DNA of 63,503 bases, counting the filler. It is 8 parts of 8 records of this genome, joined end to end, with 100 filler letters (N's around TTAATTAATTAA, not from the genome) between each part and the next. Parts side by side here need not be neighbours in the genome. Positions count along the whole stretch, not along the records: positions 24,922 to 32,898 come from SRR20825006_1580; positions 32,999 to 39,657 come from SRR20825006_1587; 6 more parts are not named here. One strand, written 5' to 3'. Position 1 is the first letter of the stretch. Every line of letters begins with the position of its first letter. The notes beneath the pieces are model-generated. The model had not been told where the DNA came from. It saw only the letters and a list, made by a program, of their open reading frames with translations, and ran no database searches. Of this stretch, positions 27,022-39,613 are shown one piece after another. The translations under genes and the position numbers were made by a program.

Positions 27022-27049
27022 ATAGAATATTCAAACTGACCGCTGCGCC

Positions 27050-27664
27050 CTATTTTGCCGACAATGCTAATTTGGCACCAAGCAACACAAACACCCCCGC
27101 AAAACTTTTCCCAAGCCAGTTCATGATCCTTGGCCGTTCGATGACGTGGCGGCGCAGGGTGCTGGCGAAGAAGCCGTAGAGGATGAACACTGCGAAGGTG
27201 ATTGCCATGAAGATCAGGCCGAGCAGGGTCATTTGCGCGGTGGTTCCAGTCGCGTTGGTGGTTATGAATTGCGGCAGGAAGGCCAGGAAGAAGAGCGAGA
27301 GTTTCGGGTTGAGCGCGTTGAGCAGGATGCCGTCGCGGATGATTTTTGTGGCATTGACCGGATCGGACTTGGCGGTGACTTTCATCGCACCCGTGCCGCG
27401 CCACATGCCCCACGCCATATAAAGCAGCCACGCGACGCCAAGGTAGCGCAGGATTTCAAAGGCGAGCGCACTGGTATGCAGCAGGGCCGCGAGGCCAAGG
27501 ATGCTTGCGCCCATGGCGGGCAGGATGCCGAGCGTGCAGCCGAATGCCGCAAAGATGCTGGCGCGCATGCCCCGGCCCAGCCCGATGGCAAGGGTATAGA
27601 TCACTCCCGTGCCGGGCAGCAGGACGACAATAAGCGAGGTCAGGAGATAGTCGGGGCTGATCAT
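27050..27664 (-). CDS. LysE/RhtB family exporter
   Basis: LPGTGVIY, G.AWLLYMAW and LNPKLSLFFLAFLPQF motifs. Confidence 0.93.
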   Translation of the reverse strand: MISPDYLLTSLIVVLLPGTGVIYTLAIGLGRGMRASIFAAFGCTLGILPAMGASILGLAALLHTSALAFEILRYLGVAWLLYMAWGMWRGTGAMKVTAKSDPVNATKIIRDGILLNALNPKLSLFFLAFLPQFITTNATGTTAQMTLLGLIFMAITFAVFILYGFFASTLRRHVIERPRIMNWLGKSFAGVFVLLGAKLALSAK

Positions 27665-27799
27665 GATAGCGCGGTTCCGTTTTGTGGTTTGACATGATCC
27701 GCGCAGTTAAGCGTGTTTTGATCGGGTATTCTTGAACGGAATTGCAAGAGACTTGTCAAAGCGTCGTCGCAGGAAATAGTTTAGGGCATAAAGTTCAGG

Positions 27800-28855
27800 A
27801 TGATCAGTGATTTCGGGGAGAATGTGAACGTGTCGGATGCGCAAAACGATGTGAAATTCAATGCGCCGGTTTTTATCGGTGGAACGGGTCGTAGCGGGAC
27901 ATCCATTCTTGCCGGCATTCTGGGAACGCATAACTCGCTTTACTTTGCCTGCCACGAGAACAAGCTGATTTCGGAATATAATGGCCTGCGCGATGTTGCC
28001 GATGTGTTTTCCCACAAATCCGATATCATTCGTCGCCATTTTGCTATCGTCAATTTCTTTGGCCGTGCCGCATCCATGACCCGTTTCGGGTTTCGCGATG
28101 CCACGCTTAACCAGAAGCTCTCCGATCTTTGCAAAAACAAGGGTATGGGCTTTCAGCAGGCGTTCGAGCTGGTCCAACGGGAAAATCCTCAGGCAAACGG
28201 GGCCATTCATTCTATCGGACAGGCTTTTGGTGCCGAGTATTTCGAGAAATGCGTAAAAGTATTTCTCAATCAGCTTGTCGCCCATGTGGATCAGGACGGG
28301 ATTGTCGATACCGATGGTCTTTTGAAGCCGTTCTTCCTTGGCAAGGATTTGGAGCGGGTGGAAGTTCTGGCGATGTGCCGCGAGTTTCTTTTTGCGCTTT
28401 ATGCCAAATCCGGCCCGGTGCGCTGGGTCGATGATACGCCGACAAATGCATTGCATATCGATTTCCTGCATGAACTTTTCCCCAAGATGAAATTCATCCA
28501 TATGGTCCGCAATCCGGCCGATGTTGTCAGTTCCTATGTCAAACAGGTCTGGTTCCCAAGCGATGTCGGATTGGCCGCCAAGCAGATTTCATCGATGCTG
28601 CTGAAGACCGAGGCGCTTGAAAAGTCGCTTCCGGCCGGAAGCTCCATGACGGTTCGGATGGAAGATCTGGTTGGCGAGACCGAGGCGACAGTTGCAAAGG
28701 TTGCCGCGTTTATTGGGGTTGAAAACCGGTTCAATCATAGTTTCGTCAGCAGCGAGGCGGCCAATATCGGCCGTGCGGATGAAAATCCGGAGATTGAGGA
28801 TGCGGTCAACAACCTTCTTGGCGGCTGGAAAGAGCGCCACGGTTACGCGTCTTAG
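27800..28855 (+). CDS. Sulfotransferase family protein
   Basis: PVFIGGTGRSGTS (5'-PSB), WVDDTP, FIHMVRNPADVVSS (3'-PB), VRMEDLV. Confidence 0.88.
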   Translation: MISDFGENVNVSDAQNDVKFNAPVFIGGTGRSGTSILAGILGTHNSLYFACHENKLISEYNGLRDVADVFSHKSDIIRRHFAIVNFFGRAASMTRFGFRDATLNQKLSDLCKNKGMGFQQAFELVQRENPQANGAIHSIGQAFGAEYFEKCVKVFLNQLVAHVDQDGIVDTDGLLKPFFLGKDLERVEVLAMCREFLFALYAKSGPVRWVDDTPTNALHIDFLHELFPKMKFIHMVRNPADVVSSYVKQVWFPSDVGLAAKQISSMLLKTEALEKSLPAGSSMTVRMEDLVGETEATVAKVAAFIGVENRFNHSFVSSEAANIGRADENPEIEDAVNNLLGGWKERHGYAS

Positions 28856-28867
28856 AGCACGCAGAGT

Positions 28868-29725
28868 TTATGATCCCGACGAAACTGCCCTTTTGAACCG
28901 CCCCGGCGAGAGGCCATAGGCGCGGATGAAATGCCGGTTCAGGTGGCTTTGATCGGCAAAGCCTGCGGTGGCGGCGACCTCGGCCAGTGGGGTGCCGGTT
29001 GTGATCAGGCGGCGGGCGAAGTCAAGGCGGCGCTGGATGATATAGGCATGCGGAGTGAGGCCCGTTGCGCGGGTGAAATGGCGGACGGTCTGAAAGCGGC
29101 TTAGCCCGGCGGCATTGGCGAGATCGGCAAGCGAGAGATTTTCGTCCGGGGCATCATCAATCATGGCCTTGGCGCGCGCGATGTTTTGATCGGCACGGTT
29201 GGAGGCCTGATTGCGGGCAGGGTCGAATTGGCCCGGTTTGATGCCGGGTACAATGATGGCGTGATGGAGCAGAAGAAACAGCATTTCTTCGCGCCGGAGG
29301 GCTGCGGTCTGGCTGTTGCCCTGAGTGATGGCGTTAAAAAGGGCGGCGAAGCATTTTGCGACATCGGGGGATGTCATGACCGGGTTGGTGAATTCGTATT
29401 CGCCTGATTTGCCATCGGACATGTCGTGGGCGGCGTAACTGATCAGGTCCGGATCGAAATACAGCATGTTCCAGCCTCGCGGGCTTTGGCCAATCGGGGT
29501 GCCGTCATGGACTTCGCGCGGATTGACCGTGATGATGTTGCCCGCCCCTGCTTCGACCATCCCGCGCCCCGAAAGCGATTTTTGTGCGCCCTCAAACATG
29601 AAGCCGATGCCGAACTGTTCATGGCTGTGTCTGGCAAAGCTGTGGCGTGTCCTGGCCATAATGGCCTCGACCCCGGTGCAGTCATGAGACAGGATGTGAA
29701 ACGGTTCGTTTGATGCGTCTGACAT
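28868..29725 (-). CDS. AraC family regulator
   Basis: FARHSHE cupin motif; GLTPHAY and GFADQSHLNRHF. Confidence 0.94.
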   Translation of the reverse strand: MSDASNEPFHILSHDCTGVEAIMARTRHSFARHSHEQFGIGFMFEGAQKSLSGRGMVEAGAGNIITVNPREVHDGTPIGQSPRGWNMLYFDPDLISYAAHDMSDGKSGEYEFTNPVMTSPDVAKCFAALFNAITQGNSQTAALRREEMLFLLLHHAIIVPGIKPGQFDPARNQASNRADQNIARAKAMIDDAPDENLSLADLANAAGLSRFQTVRHFTRATGLTPHAYIIQRRLDFARRLITTGTPLAEVAATAGFADQSHLNRHFIRAYGLSPGRFKRAVSSGS

Positions 29726-29782
29726 GCCAGAAGACTGGCAGTTTTTGCGTTGTTTCGCAATCGGGTTGCCATCGGGTCGAAA

Positions 29783-30955
29783 TCAGTTGCCGTTATCGTT
29801 GTTAGGGCCGAGCATTTCGCGCAAGCCCCCCAATCCTTCGACATTTTTGGCAAAGACGCTCATGACGATCAGAAGCGGGACGGCGACAAGCACACCGATG
29901 AAGCCCCATATCCAGCCCCAGAATGCAATGGCGAGGATGATCGCGACCGAATTGATGCGCAGCCGGTTGCCGACAAGTGCCGGGGTGAGGAACTGGCCTT
30001 CAAGGGCGGTGCAGGTGAGATAGATCGCGGGTGGCAGCAGGGCCGCGGTTGTGGTCGGCATGGAAACCAGTGCGACCATGCCGACAATGCCGATGCCGAC
30101 AACCGCCCCCAGAAGCGGCACGAAATTCAGGATCGCGGCGACAATGCCCCATAAAACCGGATTGGGCATGCCAACAATGGCAAGGAGGCTTCCGATGATG
30201 ATGCCAAGCCCGATATTGATTGCCGATATGGTCAGGAGATAGCGCGAGACTTCGCGTTCGATATCGTGCGCGATGCGTAGACCCTTTCGCCGGTCGCCAA
30301 AGGTTGGCAGGGCACGGACCATTTTTTCATAGACCATATCCCCCGACGAGAGAATGAACAGCAGCAGCACGAGCATGAGCGCAATACCGGCAACAATTTC
30401 CGGTGCGCCCCGGGCGGCCTGGCTGATCATGGTGGGTTCCTGGACCACGACCTTTTGCGTGTCGGCCTGATCATTCTGGTTGGTGGCTTCTTCGACCTGC
30501 TTTTGCACATCGCGCAGTTTTTCAAGCGGCCCGCCAAGATCGGCCAGACGCAGGCGCAACTGACGTTCGATTTTGGGGGCGTCATCGATCCATTTTGATA
30601 CCGGTTCGCTGAGGCCATAAATCCCGGCAAGCACCGATGCGGTCAGGGTCAGGACAATCGCAAGCGCGGTCAGGCTTTGCGGGATGCGATAGCGCGCCAG
30701 TGTGCGCACCACCGGCGAGAATACCAGCGCCAGCAGGAAGGCCAGTATCACCGGCAGGATCAGGCTTTGGGCGACGTAAAAACAGCCAAAGGCCAGAATG
30801 ACGAAGGTGCCGATCACCGATACCGTGCGCGCCCGGCGATAGGCGCGTGCACGCGCGCTTAAGGCGCGTTGTTCGGCTTCATCGATTTCGGTAGGGGCAT
30901 CCGCAGCACCGCTTTCAATGGCGGGGGTGTCGGATGCCTTGATCGGATCGGTCAT
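29783..30955 (-). CDS. AI-2E family transporter
   Basis: ILPVILAFLLA..FSPVV, LNFVPLLG, LEGQFLTP, FWGWIWGFIGVLVAVP. Confidence 0.92.
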   Translation of the reverse strand: MTDPIKASDTPAIESGAADAPTEIDEAEQRALSARARAYRRARTVSVIGTFVILAFGCFYVAQSLILPVILAFLLALVFSPVVRTLARYRIPQSLTALAIVLTLTASVLAGIYGLSEPVSKWIDDAPKIERQLRLRLADLGGPLEKLRDVQKQVEEATNQNDQADTQKVVVQEPTMISQAARGAPEIVAGIALMLVLLLFILSSGDMVYEKMVRALPTFGDRRKGLRIAHDIEREVSRYLLTISAINIGLGIIIGSLLAIVGMPNPVLWGIVAAILNFVPLLGAVVGIGIVGMVALVSMPTTTAALLPPAIYLTCTALEGQFLTPALVGNRLRINSVAIILAIAFWGWIWGFIGVLVAVPLLIVMSVFAKNVEGLGGLREMLGPNNDNGN

Positions 30956-31126
30956 GCAATCTGCTCCGGGCGGGATCCTGCCGGGCATGATGCAGGCGGC
31001 AGGAGGGTGACCTGACTTTAACGTCTTGTGACAGGGTGATGTTCCGCCGGGATGAATGTAAGTGGCTGGTAAAGCAAAACGGCGCCCGAATTGGACGCCG
31101 TTTTGAGCCAGACATATGTAAGAAGA

Positions 31127-31897
31127 TCAGAAGCGTTTGATCAATGCAAAGCGGACATTGTGTGACTGGAAGTCGCCGTCATAAGAAAAGTCTGAGGCAG
31201 GACCGCCTTGGCCAATGTCTCTGTCGCCGTCTACAATGGACGGGAAATAGGTCAGGACATAGTCCCCGCGAAGGGACCAGCCATTGCCGATCAGGTACCC
31301 GGCCCCGATGCTGCCCGACACGCCGAATGCCGTTTTCGTATCTGTAAATGTATGATTTGTACCTGTAGTTAAAGTATCGGTGAATTTATGTGTGGTTTTG
31401 AACCGGCTGATTGATGGACCTGCCGCGAAATAGACCTGCCATTCCCCGGTCGCATAGCCGATTTTGGGGCGGATGCTAAAGGTGAAATCCGATTCAACGG
31501 TGGTTTGGGATGTAAAGCTGTTGGCCGTAGAAGAAGCATATGTTGTCCGGCCAGTGTTTTCTGATTCAGAAAACGGCATGAATGTCAGATCGCCTTCCAC
31601 CCCGTAAATCATATTACGGTCCTGATGGTCGTATCCGAACAGGGCAGAGCCGGTGACGTCAAAACCCTCGATCGTTTCATTGAGGATCGGGGTGAGTTGG
31701 TTTCTGTCACTGCCTGAGAAATGACCGGTATACAGGATGTCGGTGTCCGGCTTTGCCGCACTGTATGCGCCGCCAAGTGCCAGACCGCCATAAAAGCCCG
31801 ACCAGTCTGTTTCAGCAGAGGCGTGGGAGGTAGCAGCACACAGGATGACGGCTGCGATACCGGTACACGAAATACGTGATTTTAGAGGAAAGCGCAT
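31127..31897 (-). CDS. Omp25/Omp31-like outer-membrane beta-barrel
   Basis: Signal peptide, DWSGFYGG, YGVEGD and terminal Phe. Confidence 0.85.
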   Translation of the reverse strand: MRFPLKSRISCTGIAAVILCAATSHASAETDWSGFYGGLALGGAYSAAKPDTDILYTGHFSGSDRNQLTPILNETIEGFDVTGSALFGYDHQDRNMIYGVEGDLTFMPFSESENTGRTTYASSTANSFTSQTTVESDFTFSIRPKIGYATGEWQVYFAAGPSISRFKTTHKFTDTLTTGTNHTFTDTKTAFGVSGSIGAGYLIGNGWSLRGDYVLTYFPSIVDGDRDIGQGGPASDFSYDGDFQSHNVRFALIKRF

Positions 31898-32030
31898 GAT
31901 CTTGTGGCTCTGTTTGCTATCGCAGTCTGTCGACTAGGCGACGAGGTGAATAATGAATGATTATTCAATAGCATAGCCAGATTCAACGCGAAATAGAATT
32001 AATTGGTCAGGAGATTGCCGCAGCGCCCCG

Positions 32031-32702
32031 TCAGGCGTCGATGGCCGGTTCCTGCAATTGCAGTTCGCGGGCCATGATGACAGCCTGTGTGCGGCTATGG
32101 ACCGAGAGTTTGCGCAGGATGGCGGAAACGTGGGCCTTTACGGTGGCCTCTGTCACGTCAAGCTCGTAGGCGATCTGTTTGTTCAGTTTGCCTTCGGTCA
32201 GCATGTTGAGCACGCGCAATTGCTGTGGCGTCAGTTGGCCGATTTTTTCGGCAAGGCCGGTGGCTTCGTCATCGGCCGGGCCGTTTTCAATCGCGTCACG
32301 CGCCCAGTCGGGCATCCACATATCACCGTTCAGAACGGTGCGGATGGCCGTTCCGATCTGATCAACCGGTGCCGATTTCGGAACGAAGGCCGATGCGCCA
32401 TATTCAATGGAGCGTCTGACAACCGGCAGTTCCTGACTGGCCGAGACGATGGAAACCGGGATGTCGGGATAGGAAGCGCGTAAGGTGAACAGGCCGGTAA
32501 AGCCGTTCATGCCGGGCATGTGCAGGTCCAGCAGGACAAGGTCGATATCGCCGTTATGGGATTCGATCTGTTCGATGGCTTCAGACAGGCTTCCGGCTTC
32601 ATACAGCGTGACGTTTTCCAATTCTGATGACAGGGCCTGTTTGAGGGCACCGCGCACAAGCGGGTGGTCGTCTGCGATCAGAATCTGGAAGCTGTCAGCC
32701 AT
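32031..32702 (-). CDS. LuxR/NarL response regulator, CrbR/ErdR-like
   Basis: IADDHPL, LLDLHMPG and LTPQQLRVL...LNKQIAYELDVTEATVKAHVSAILRKL. Confidence 0.92.
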   Translation of the reverse strand: MADSFQILIADDHPLVRGALKQALSSELENVTLYEAGSLSEAIEQIESHNGDIDLVLLDLHMPGMNGFTGLFTLRASYPDIPVSIVSASQELPVVRRSIEYGASAFVPKSAPVDQIGTAIRTVLNGDMWMPDWARDAIENGPADDEATGLAEKIGQLTPQQLRVLNMLTEGKLNKQIAYELDVTEATVKAHVSAILRKLSVHSRTQAVIMARELQLQEPAIDA

Positions 32703-32998
32703 TGGCGATTTCCCCGGAAGTCATTTCCCTTGAAAGGTCGCGATTATTCCATCCCGTTATTTTTTAACGGCGTCTCACGATAATATTAAGGTGAGGGGAC
32801 GATAACCCGGGATGACATTGTTTGTCTGGTGTGGTGCGACCCTGATGCGTCCTTGCTGCTTTGGCAGAAAGGAGTGAGGGAAACCAAAGATCACTCTCNN
32901 NNNNNNNNNNNNNNNNNNNNNNNNNNNNNNNNNNNNNNNNNNTTAATTAATTAANNNNNNNNNNNNNNNNNNNNNNNNNNNNNNNNNNNNNNNNNNNN

Positions 32999-34572
<1,574 letters not shown>

Positions 34573-34940
34573 CTAGTGGGTTGATAGCACCATCGTCAGT
34601 GTGTACTGGCCCCCATAAAAAAAACACCCTGCACGTTACAGACGGGCAAGGAGCTTTCGTGAATCGGGTTGGCCAGCTTCGCAAGAGACGATTGAACACC
34701 TGAAAATTCAGGAGCTTGCGCTACATCAGGACGGGAGAAAATGTTAACAGAAGCCGCCCCGCGCCTCAATCGGAATCGCTCCCGAGAGCGTAAAAAGGTG
34801 GTGATACCCCATCGTCTACGCCGAATTGCGCACTGCCTGTTTAAATGGCTGGCCAAGTGACTGTGAGAGCAGCAAGGTTGAGGGACTGATTCATTCTTGC
34901 GCCCCACCGGGCGCAAGAGGCAGGAAGCCCGAGGCCAACC

Positions 34941-36842
34941 TCAGGACGTCTCACATGCTGCCAGCACATCGGCAAAAGGCGCGTCGATCAGCGATGCAAA
35001 CGCGGGATGCCGGCCAAGACGGGCACGGCTGGCTCGGGGACTGCTGATACCACAAAGAAAGCGCGCCAGTTGCCGAGGCGTGGCCAGCGCCCCATGCCCT
35101 TCCTGCCTCACTGTCTGAATTACCGTCGCGTCAGGTACACGGCGATGGCGTGCCGTCATGGGCCAATGCTCGCCCTTGCAATGACTGCACTGCCCACAGG
35201 GTTCGGGCAAGCGTTCGCCAAAATAGCTCACCAGGGCCTGCTGATAACAGCCCTTGCCCTCGGCCCAGTCACACACTTGCTGCAACCGCTGGATATCCCG
35301 CTGTTCACGCACGCGAAACTGCTCTTCCATTCTGGCGGTCAACGCTTGTGGCTCCTGCGGGCGCTGCAACATCCGGTATCCCTGGCGCACCCCGGCCACA
35401 CGCAGTTCGATCATTCCCTGTTGCTCCAGATAACCCAGCGCCTTGAGGATGCGAAGCCTGTCAACCTGCAGCTCTTCGGCTGCATCAATGGGTTTCAGGG
35501 TCAGCCAGATGCGCCCTTGCTTCCCGGTCGCGAAGACCCGCTGCAGGAAATCCGCCCGGTCGTCATTGAATTGACTGATCACGTCATCCCGGGACGTCCG
35601 GAAAGCCAGCTTGTACTCTGTATAAAATGGTGCCGTAGCGCGAACCACCCCTTCCAGCTCCAGATAGGTCAGCAGTGTGTTGATCACCAGAGGACGAACA
35701 TCGAATTGCCCGGACAATTCATGCACCGACAGGTCGAACTGCTCGGGCTGGCCCACCAGCCAGTCGATCAACCCGGCCAGCGACGCACTGTCCGAGGTAT
35801 CCCCGTAACTGAAATTCTCCAGTACGGTCAAATCGTCCGAACCGGCCAACAATACACACTCGGAGGGTTCACCATCCCGCCCTGCCCGGCCGATTTCCTG
35901 CATGTAGTTTTCCAGGGACTTGGGCAGGTTGTAGTGATAAATAGCGCGAATATCGGCCTTATCGATGCCCATGCCAAACGCAATGGTGGCAACGACAATA
36001 TTCCCCTGCCCGGCCATGAAGTTTTCCTGCACCCGGTGGCGCTCCTCATCCTTGAGCCCCGCATGGTATGCCTGTGCCGGCAGCCCCTGCGCCTGCAGGA
36101 ACCCGGCCACCTGTTCGGCGGTTTTCTGCAAAGTGACATAAACGATGGACGACTCCAGCGGCCGGGACTGCAACGCCGCCAACAATGCCTGATCCCGTTC
36201 GGAAACATCGTGGGGCCGGATACTCAGCGCCAGATTGGGGCGGAAAAAGCCGGTCTGAACATGATCCTCCCTGGCAATGGAAAAACTGTCGCAGATCTGC
36301 TCGGCCACCTGGGGAGTGGCAGTCGCGGTCAGTGCCAACACCCTACCCACATTGAGATCGCTGGCAAGCTGCGCCAGCTTCAGATAATCCGGGCGGAAAT
36401 TATGCCCCCATTCAGAAACACAGTGCGCCTCATCCACCGCCATCATGCTGATCGACAGCCGCTTCAAACGCGCCAGAAATCGCTCATTGGCCAGGCGCTC
36501 CGGCGCCACGTACAGCAACTTGATGGTGCCGTCATCCAGCCCCCGGTAAATCTCCTGTAATTGCTCCGCGTCCACACTGGAGTCCAGCCGGGCCGCCGCA
36601 ACACCCAACCGCTGCAGCTGATCTACCTGGTCTTTCATCAATGCGATCAGAGGTGAAACCACCAGGGTCACACCACTGAACATCAGCGCCGGCAATTGGT
36701 AACACAGACTTTTACCGCCGCCAGTGGGAAACACCGCCAGCGCCGAACGCCCGGCCAACAAGGCGTCGATGACCGCCTGCTGCCCGGGGCGAAAGGCCTG
36801 AAGCTGAAAGGTCTGCTGCAAGTGTTGCTGAAGGGCCTGCAT
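34941..36842 (-). CDS. RecQ-family DNA helicase (secondary paralog)
   Basis: PTGGGKSLCYQLP, DEAHC, TATAT, QEIGRAGRDG; late Cys cluster (C...CGQCSHC). Confidence 0.93.
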   Translation of the reverse strand: MQALQQHLQQTFQLQAFRPGQQAVIDALLAGRSALAVFPTGGGKSLCYQLPALMFSGVTLVVSPLIALMKDQVDQLQRLGVAAARLDSSVDAEQLQEIYRGLDDGTIKLLYVAPERLANERFLARLKRLSISMMAVDEAHCVSEWGHNFRPDYLKLAQLASDLNVGRVLALTATATPQVAEQICDSFSIAREDHVQTGFFRPNLALSIRPHDVSERDQALLAALQSRPLESSIVYVTLQKTAEQVAGFLQAQGLPAQAYHAGLKDEERHRVQENFMAGQGNIVVATIAFGMGIDKADIRAIYHYNLPKSLENYMQEIGRAGRDGEPSECVLLAGSDDLTVLENFSYGDTSDSASLAGLIDWLVGQPEQFDLSVHELSGQFDVRPLVINTLLTYLELEGVVRATAPFYTEYKLAFRTSRDDVISQFNDDRADFLQRVFATGKQGRIWLTLKPIDAAEELQVDRLRILKALGYLEQQGMIELRVAGVRQGYRMLQRPQEPQALTARMEEQFRVREQRDIQRLQQVCDWAEGKGCYQQALVSYFGERLPEPCGQCSHCKGEHWPMTARHRRVPDATVIQTVRQEGHGALATPRQLARFLCGISSPRASRARLGRHPAFASLIDAPFADVLAACETS

Positions 36843-37005
36843 TGCACTCTCTTTTTCGGCAGTAGGGTTGGATACGCAAGGAATTCGGGATCAGTCAGCG
36901 CAAGTCTGTCAGAGGCGGAATACTGAAACGAGCAAGCGTTTCGTATTTTACTGTGCGCCAGAACGGACAGCCCCCCGGCGTCTGTAGCGCATGCGGGAGT
37001 GCTTG

Positions 37006-38307
37006 CTAGCGCGGCACTGCGTTTGAAGGCAGCAAATACCAGCGCTCACTGCTGCCACTCTCTTCACCATCGGCCAGGCCCACCAGCGGCACACTCACCA
37101 CCTCACCATCACGGAGCAACAGTGGCCACTGACGCCGCTGCCAGGGCGGCACGCCCGCCGCACGCCAGAGCTCCTTAATCTGTTGATGCAATCCATTGCG
37201 GCGCACGACCAGGGAGCCGGACAAGGCCCTGAGCTGCAGATCGCCCGGTGGGCGAAGCACCCAAATATCCCCCTCACCACCTTGCTTTGACCAATGCCAG
37301 TGGGGCAAGACCGGCGGCGGCGCCCCTTCCGGCCAGAACTCACCGCCCTGCCAGGGCTGAAAGGCCTCACGTGAAGCCAGATACAATGCCCCACGATACA
37401 AGCGTGCCGCGTATCCACCCCACTCAACCCGCGCCTGGCTATCCCCCGCAGCCAGATGCAGCACCCGCAACTGCTCCAGCACCGCAGCACTGGGGGCGGT
37501 AGCCCGGTTTTGCTGTAGCCACCAGCGCAATACATTGCGCTGCCGCGCCAGGGACAAATAGGCCAAATCCGTAAGCGGAAAGGACGCTCCGGCCACGCCA
37601 AGTCTGTCTGCATCCTGTACCGCGATTTCATGGAGCAGCTCACCGGCTTCCGCCATATGATCTGCTGCCCGGGCAAGCGTGGCGTCGGCTCCGGGCCAGC
37701 GATCACGCAGTGCCGGCAGAATGGTGTGACGCAGATAATTACGGCGCAAGGACTGATCCTGATTGCTGGGGTCTTCGCGCCAGTTGAGCGATAACGACGG
37801 GGCCCATTGCTCCAGCGTCTGACGGTCAACGCCCAGCAACGGCCGCCAAAGGGACACCCCTTTTTGCCGACTGTGTTCACGCATGGCCGATAGCCCCTGC
37901 ACACCCGCTCCGCGCAGGAGCCGGAACAGCAAGGTTTCTGCCTGGTCATTGCGATGATGCGCCATCACCAGCGTCGCCCCCTGGGCACGGGCCAATGGCA
38001 ATAGCACACGATAACGGGCATCACGGGCGCCAGCTTCCAGCCCGTTGGCCATGTCGACAGCCACCTTTTCGATGGCGAGCGAGATACCTTGCTGATCCGC
38101 CAGCGACTGGCAAAAGCGTGCCCAATCCTGGCTGTCAGCCTGTAATTGATGGTCAATATGAACAGCGGAGAGGCGCGGGCCCAGGCCCGCTTTTATCAGG
38201 AGGTGAAGCAACAGAGCGGAGTCCAGCCCGCCACTGAGGGCCAACAGAAGAGATCCTTCAGGGGCCTGTTCAGCCAGCGACCGGCTGAACGCGGCGGCAT
38301 CGGACAT
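37006..38307 (-). CDS. tilS: tRNA(Ile)-lysidine synthase
   Basis: SGGLDS, EAGARDARY, AHHRNDQAET, EDPSN, RNYLRH. Confidence 0.96.
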   Translation of the reverse strand: MSDAAAFSRSLAEQAPEGSLLLALSGGLDSALLLHLLIKAGLGPRLSAVHIDHQLQADSQDWARFCQSLADQQGISLAIEKVAVDMANGLEAGARDARYRVLLPLARAQGATLVMAHHRNDQAETLLFRLLRGAGVQGLSAMREHSRQKGVSLWRPLLGVDRQTLEQWAPSLSLNWREDPSNQDQSLRRNYLRHTILPALRDRWPGADATLARAADHMAEAGELLHEIAVQDADRLGVAGASFPLTDLAYLSLARQRNVLRWWLQQNRATAPSAAVLEQLRVLHLAAGDSQARVEWGGYAARLYRGALYLASREAFQPWQGGEFWPEGAPPPVLPHWHWSKQGGEGDIWVLRPPGDLQLRALSGSLVVRRNGLHQQIKELWRAAGVPPWQRRQWPLLLRDGEVVSVPLVGLADGEESGSSERWYLLPSNAVPR

Positions 38308-38309
38308 GG

Positions 38310-39281
38310 TTATTCGTCAGCGGGATCGCTGGCCACGTTACCGTAGCTCATCAGGCGCTCGTAACGGCGGTCGATCAGCGCATCCATGTCCATGGCGCGC
38401 AGCGATTCCAGCTGGGTTTCCAGCGCCTTGCGAACGGCATCAGCGGCCTGGTCGTGATCGCGGTGAGCCCCGCCCAGCGGCTCCTTGATAACCTGATCCA
38501 CAATGCCCAGCTCGTGCAACCGGCCGGCGGTGAGGCCCATTGCCTCTGCCGCTTCCGGCGCCTTGTCGGCACTACGCCAGAGAATCGACGCGCAGCCTTC
38601 CGGAGAAATCACTGAATAAGTAGAGAATTCCAGCATCTGCAAATGGTCACAGACACCAATGGCCAAGGCGCCACCGGACCCACCCTCACCAATCACCGTG
38701 GCGATAATCGGCGTTTTCAGCTGGGACATAACGCGCAAATTACGGGCAATAGCTTCCGACTGACCACGCTCTTCCGCATCAATACCCGGGAAAGCGCCGG
38801 GCGTATCAATAAAGGTGAGTACCGGCAGCTTGAAACGTTCAGCCATTTCCATCAGACGCAGCGCTTTGCGGTAGCCTTCCGGTTTCGGCATGCCGAAATT
38901 GCGGCGCACCTTCTCTTTCACTTCGCGGCCTTTCTGATGGCCAATCACCATCACCGGCTGACCTGACAGGCGCGTCATGCCCCCAATGATGGCCGGATCA
39001 TCGGCAAAAGCACGGTCGCCGTGCAGCTCGTCAAAATCGGTAAAAATCCGTTTGATGTAATCCAGCATGTAAGGGCGCTTGGGATGCCGGGACAGCTGGG
39101 AAATTTGCCAGGAGCTAAGGCCGCGAAAGATGCTTTCGGTGAGCGTAATACTTTTTTCCTGCAGCTTGGCCACTTCCTCGGAAATGTTCACCTCGCTGCC
39201 ACTGCCCACCAAACGCAATTCCTCGATTTTCGCTTCCAGGTCGGCAATCGGTTGTTCAAATTCGAGGAAATTGGGATTCAT
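38310..39281 (-). CDS. accA: Acetyl-CoA carboxylase carboxyltransferase alpha subunit
   Basis: [32 protein letters not shown]. Confidence 0.98.
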   Translation of the reverse strand: MNPNFLEFEQPIADLEAKIEELRLVGSGSEVNISEEVAKLQEKSITLTESIFRGLSSWQISQLSRHPKRPYMLDYIKRIFTDFDELHGDRAFADDPAIIGGMTRLSGQPVMVIGHQKGREVKEKVRRNFGMPKPEGYRKALRLMEMAERFKLPVLTFIDTPGAFPGIDAEERGQSEAIARNLRVMSQLKTPIIATVIGEGGSGGALAIGVCDHLQMLEFSTYSVISPEGCASILWRSADKAPEAAEAMGLTAGRLHELGIVDQVIKEPLGGAHRDHDQAADAVRKALETQLESLRAMDMDALIDRRYERLMSYGNVASDPADE

Positions 39282-39613
39282 ATTCTGAGCCTGTTCAAGG
39301 TGTTATCAGCATGCGCCCGGACCAGAATGGCCGTTCCCTGGCGCCAATAAGGCAGAAACGCTACGCCGGCGAACCCCGAACGCAACCTGCCCATAAAAGA
39401 ATGCAACAAGTGTAGCCGCAACCCAATGACAACGTCGAGACATGGCCAACATGGCTAGGTTGCAAACTGTTTCAGCAAGAGACGCGGCACGCCCCACGCT
39501 TCACGCAACAACGCGGGAGAGCATCGAACATAAAGAACGGCCCTGCGTCGCGCCCAAGCGCCTGAATCGCGGACTCCGACACCTCGGCTACAGCGCAGCT
39601 TTCTCGTGTTGAA

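Noticed and set aside
35007..36560. 517-aa ORF antisense to the RecQ helicase
   Set aside because: Codon-bias shadow of a GC-rich gene; no recognisable domain.
34715..39592. Scattered TGTAGC/GCTACA words (about 34720, 36983, 39411, 39586) as GTAG-type REP elements
   Set aside because: Matches are only 6-9 nt without conserved downstream palindromes; insufficient evidence.
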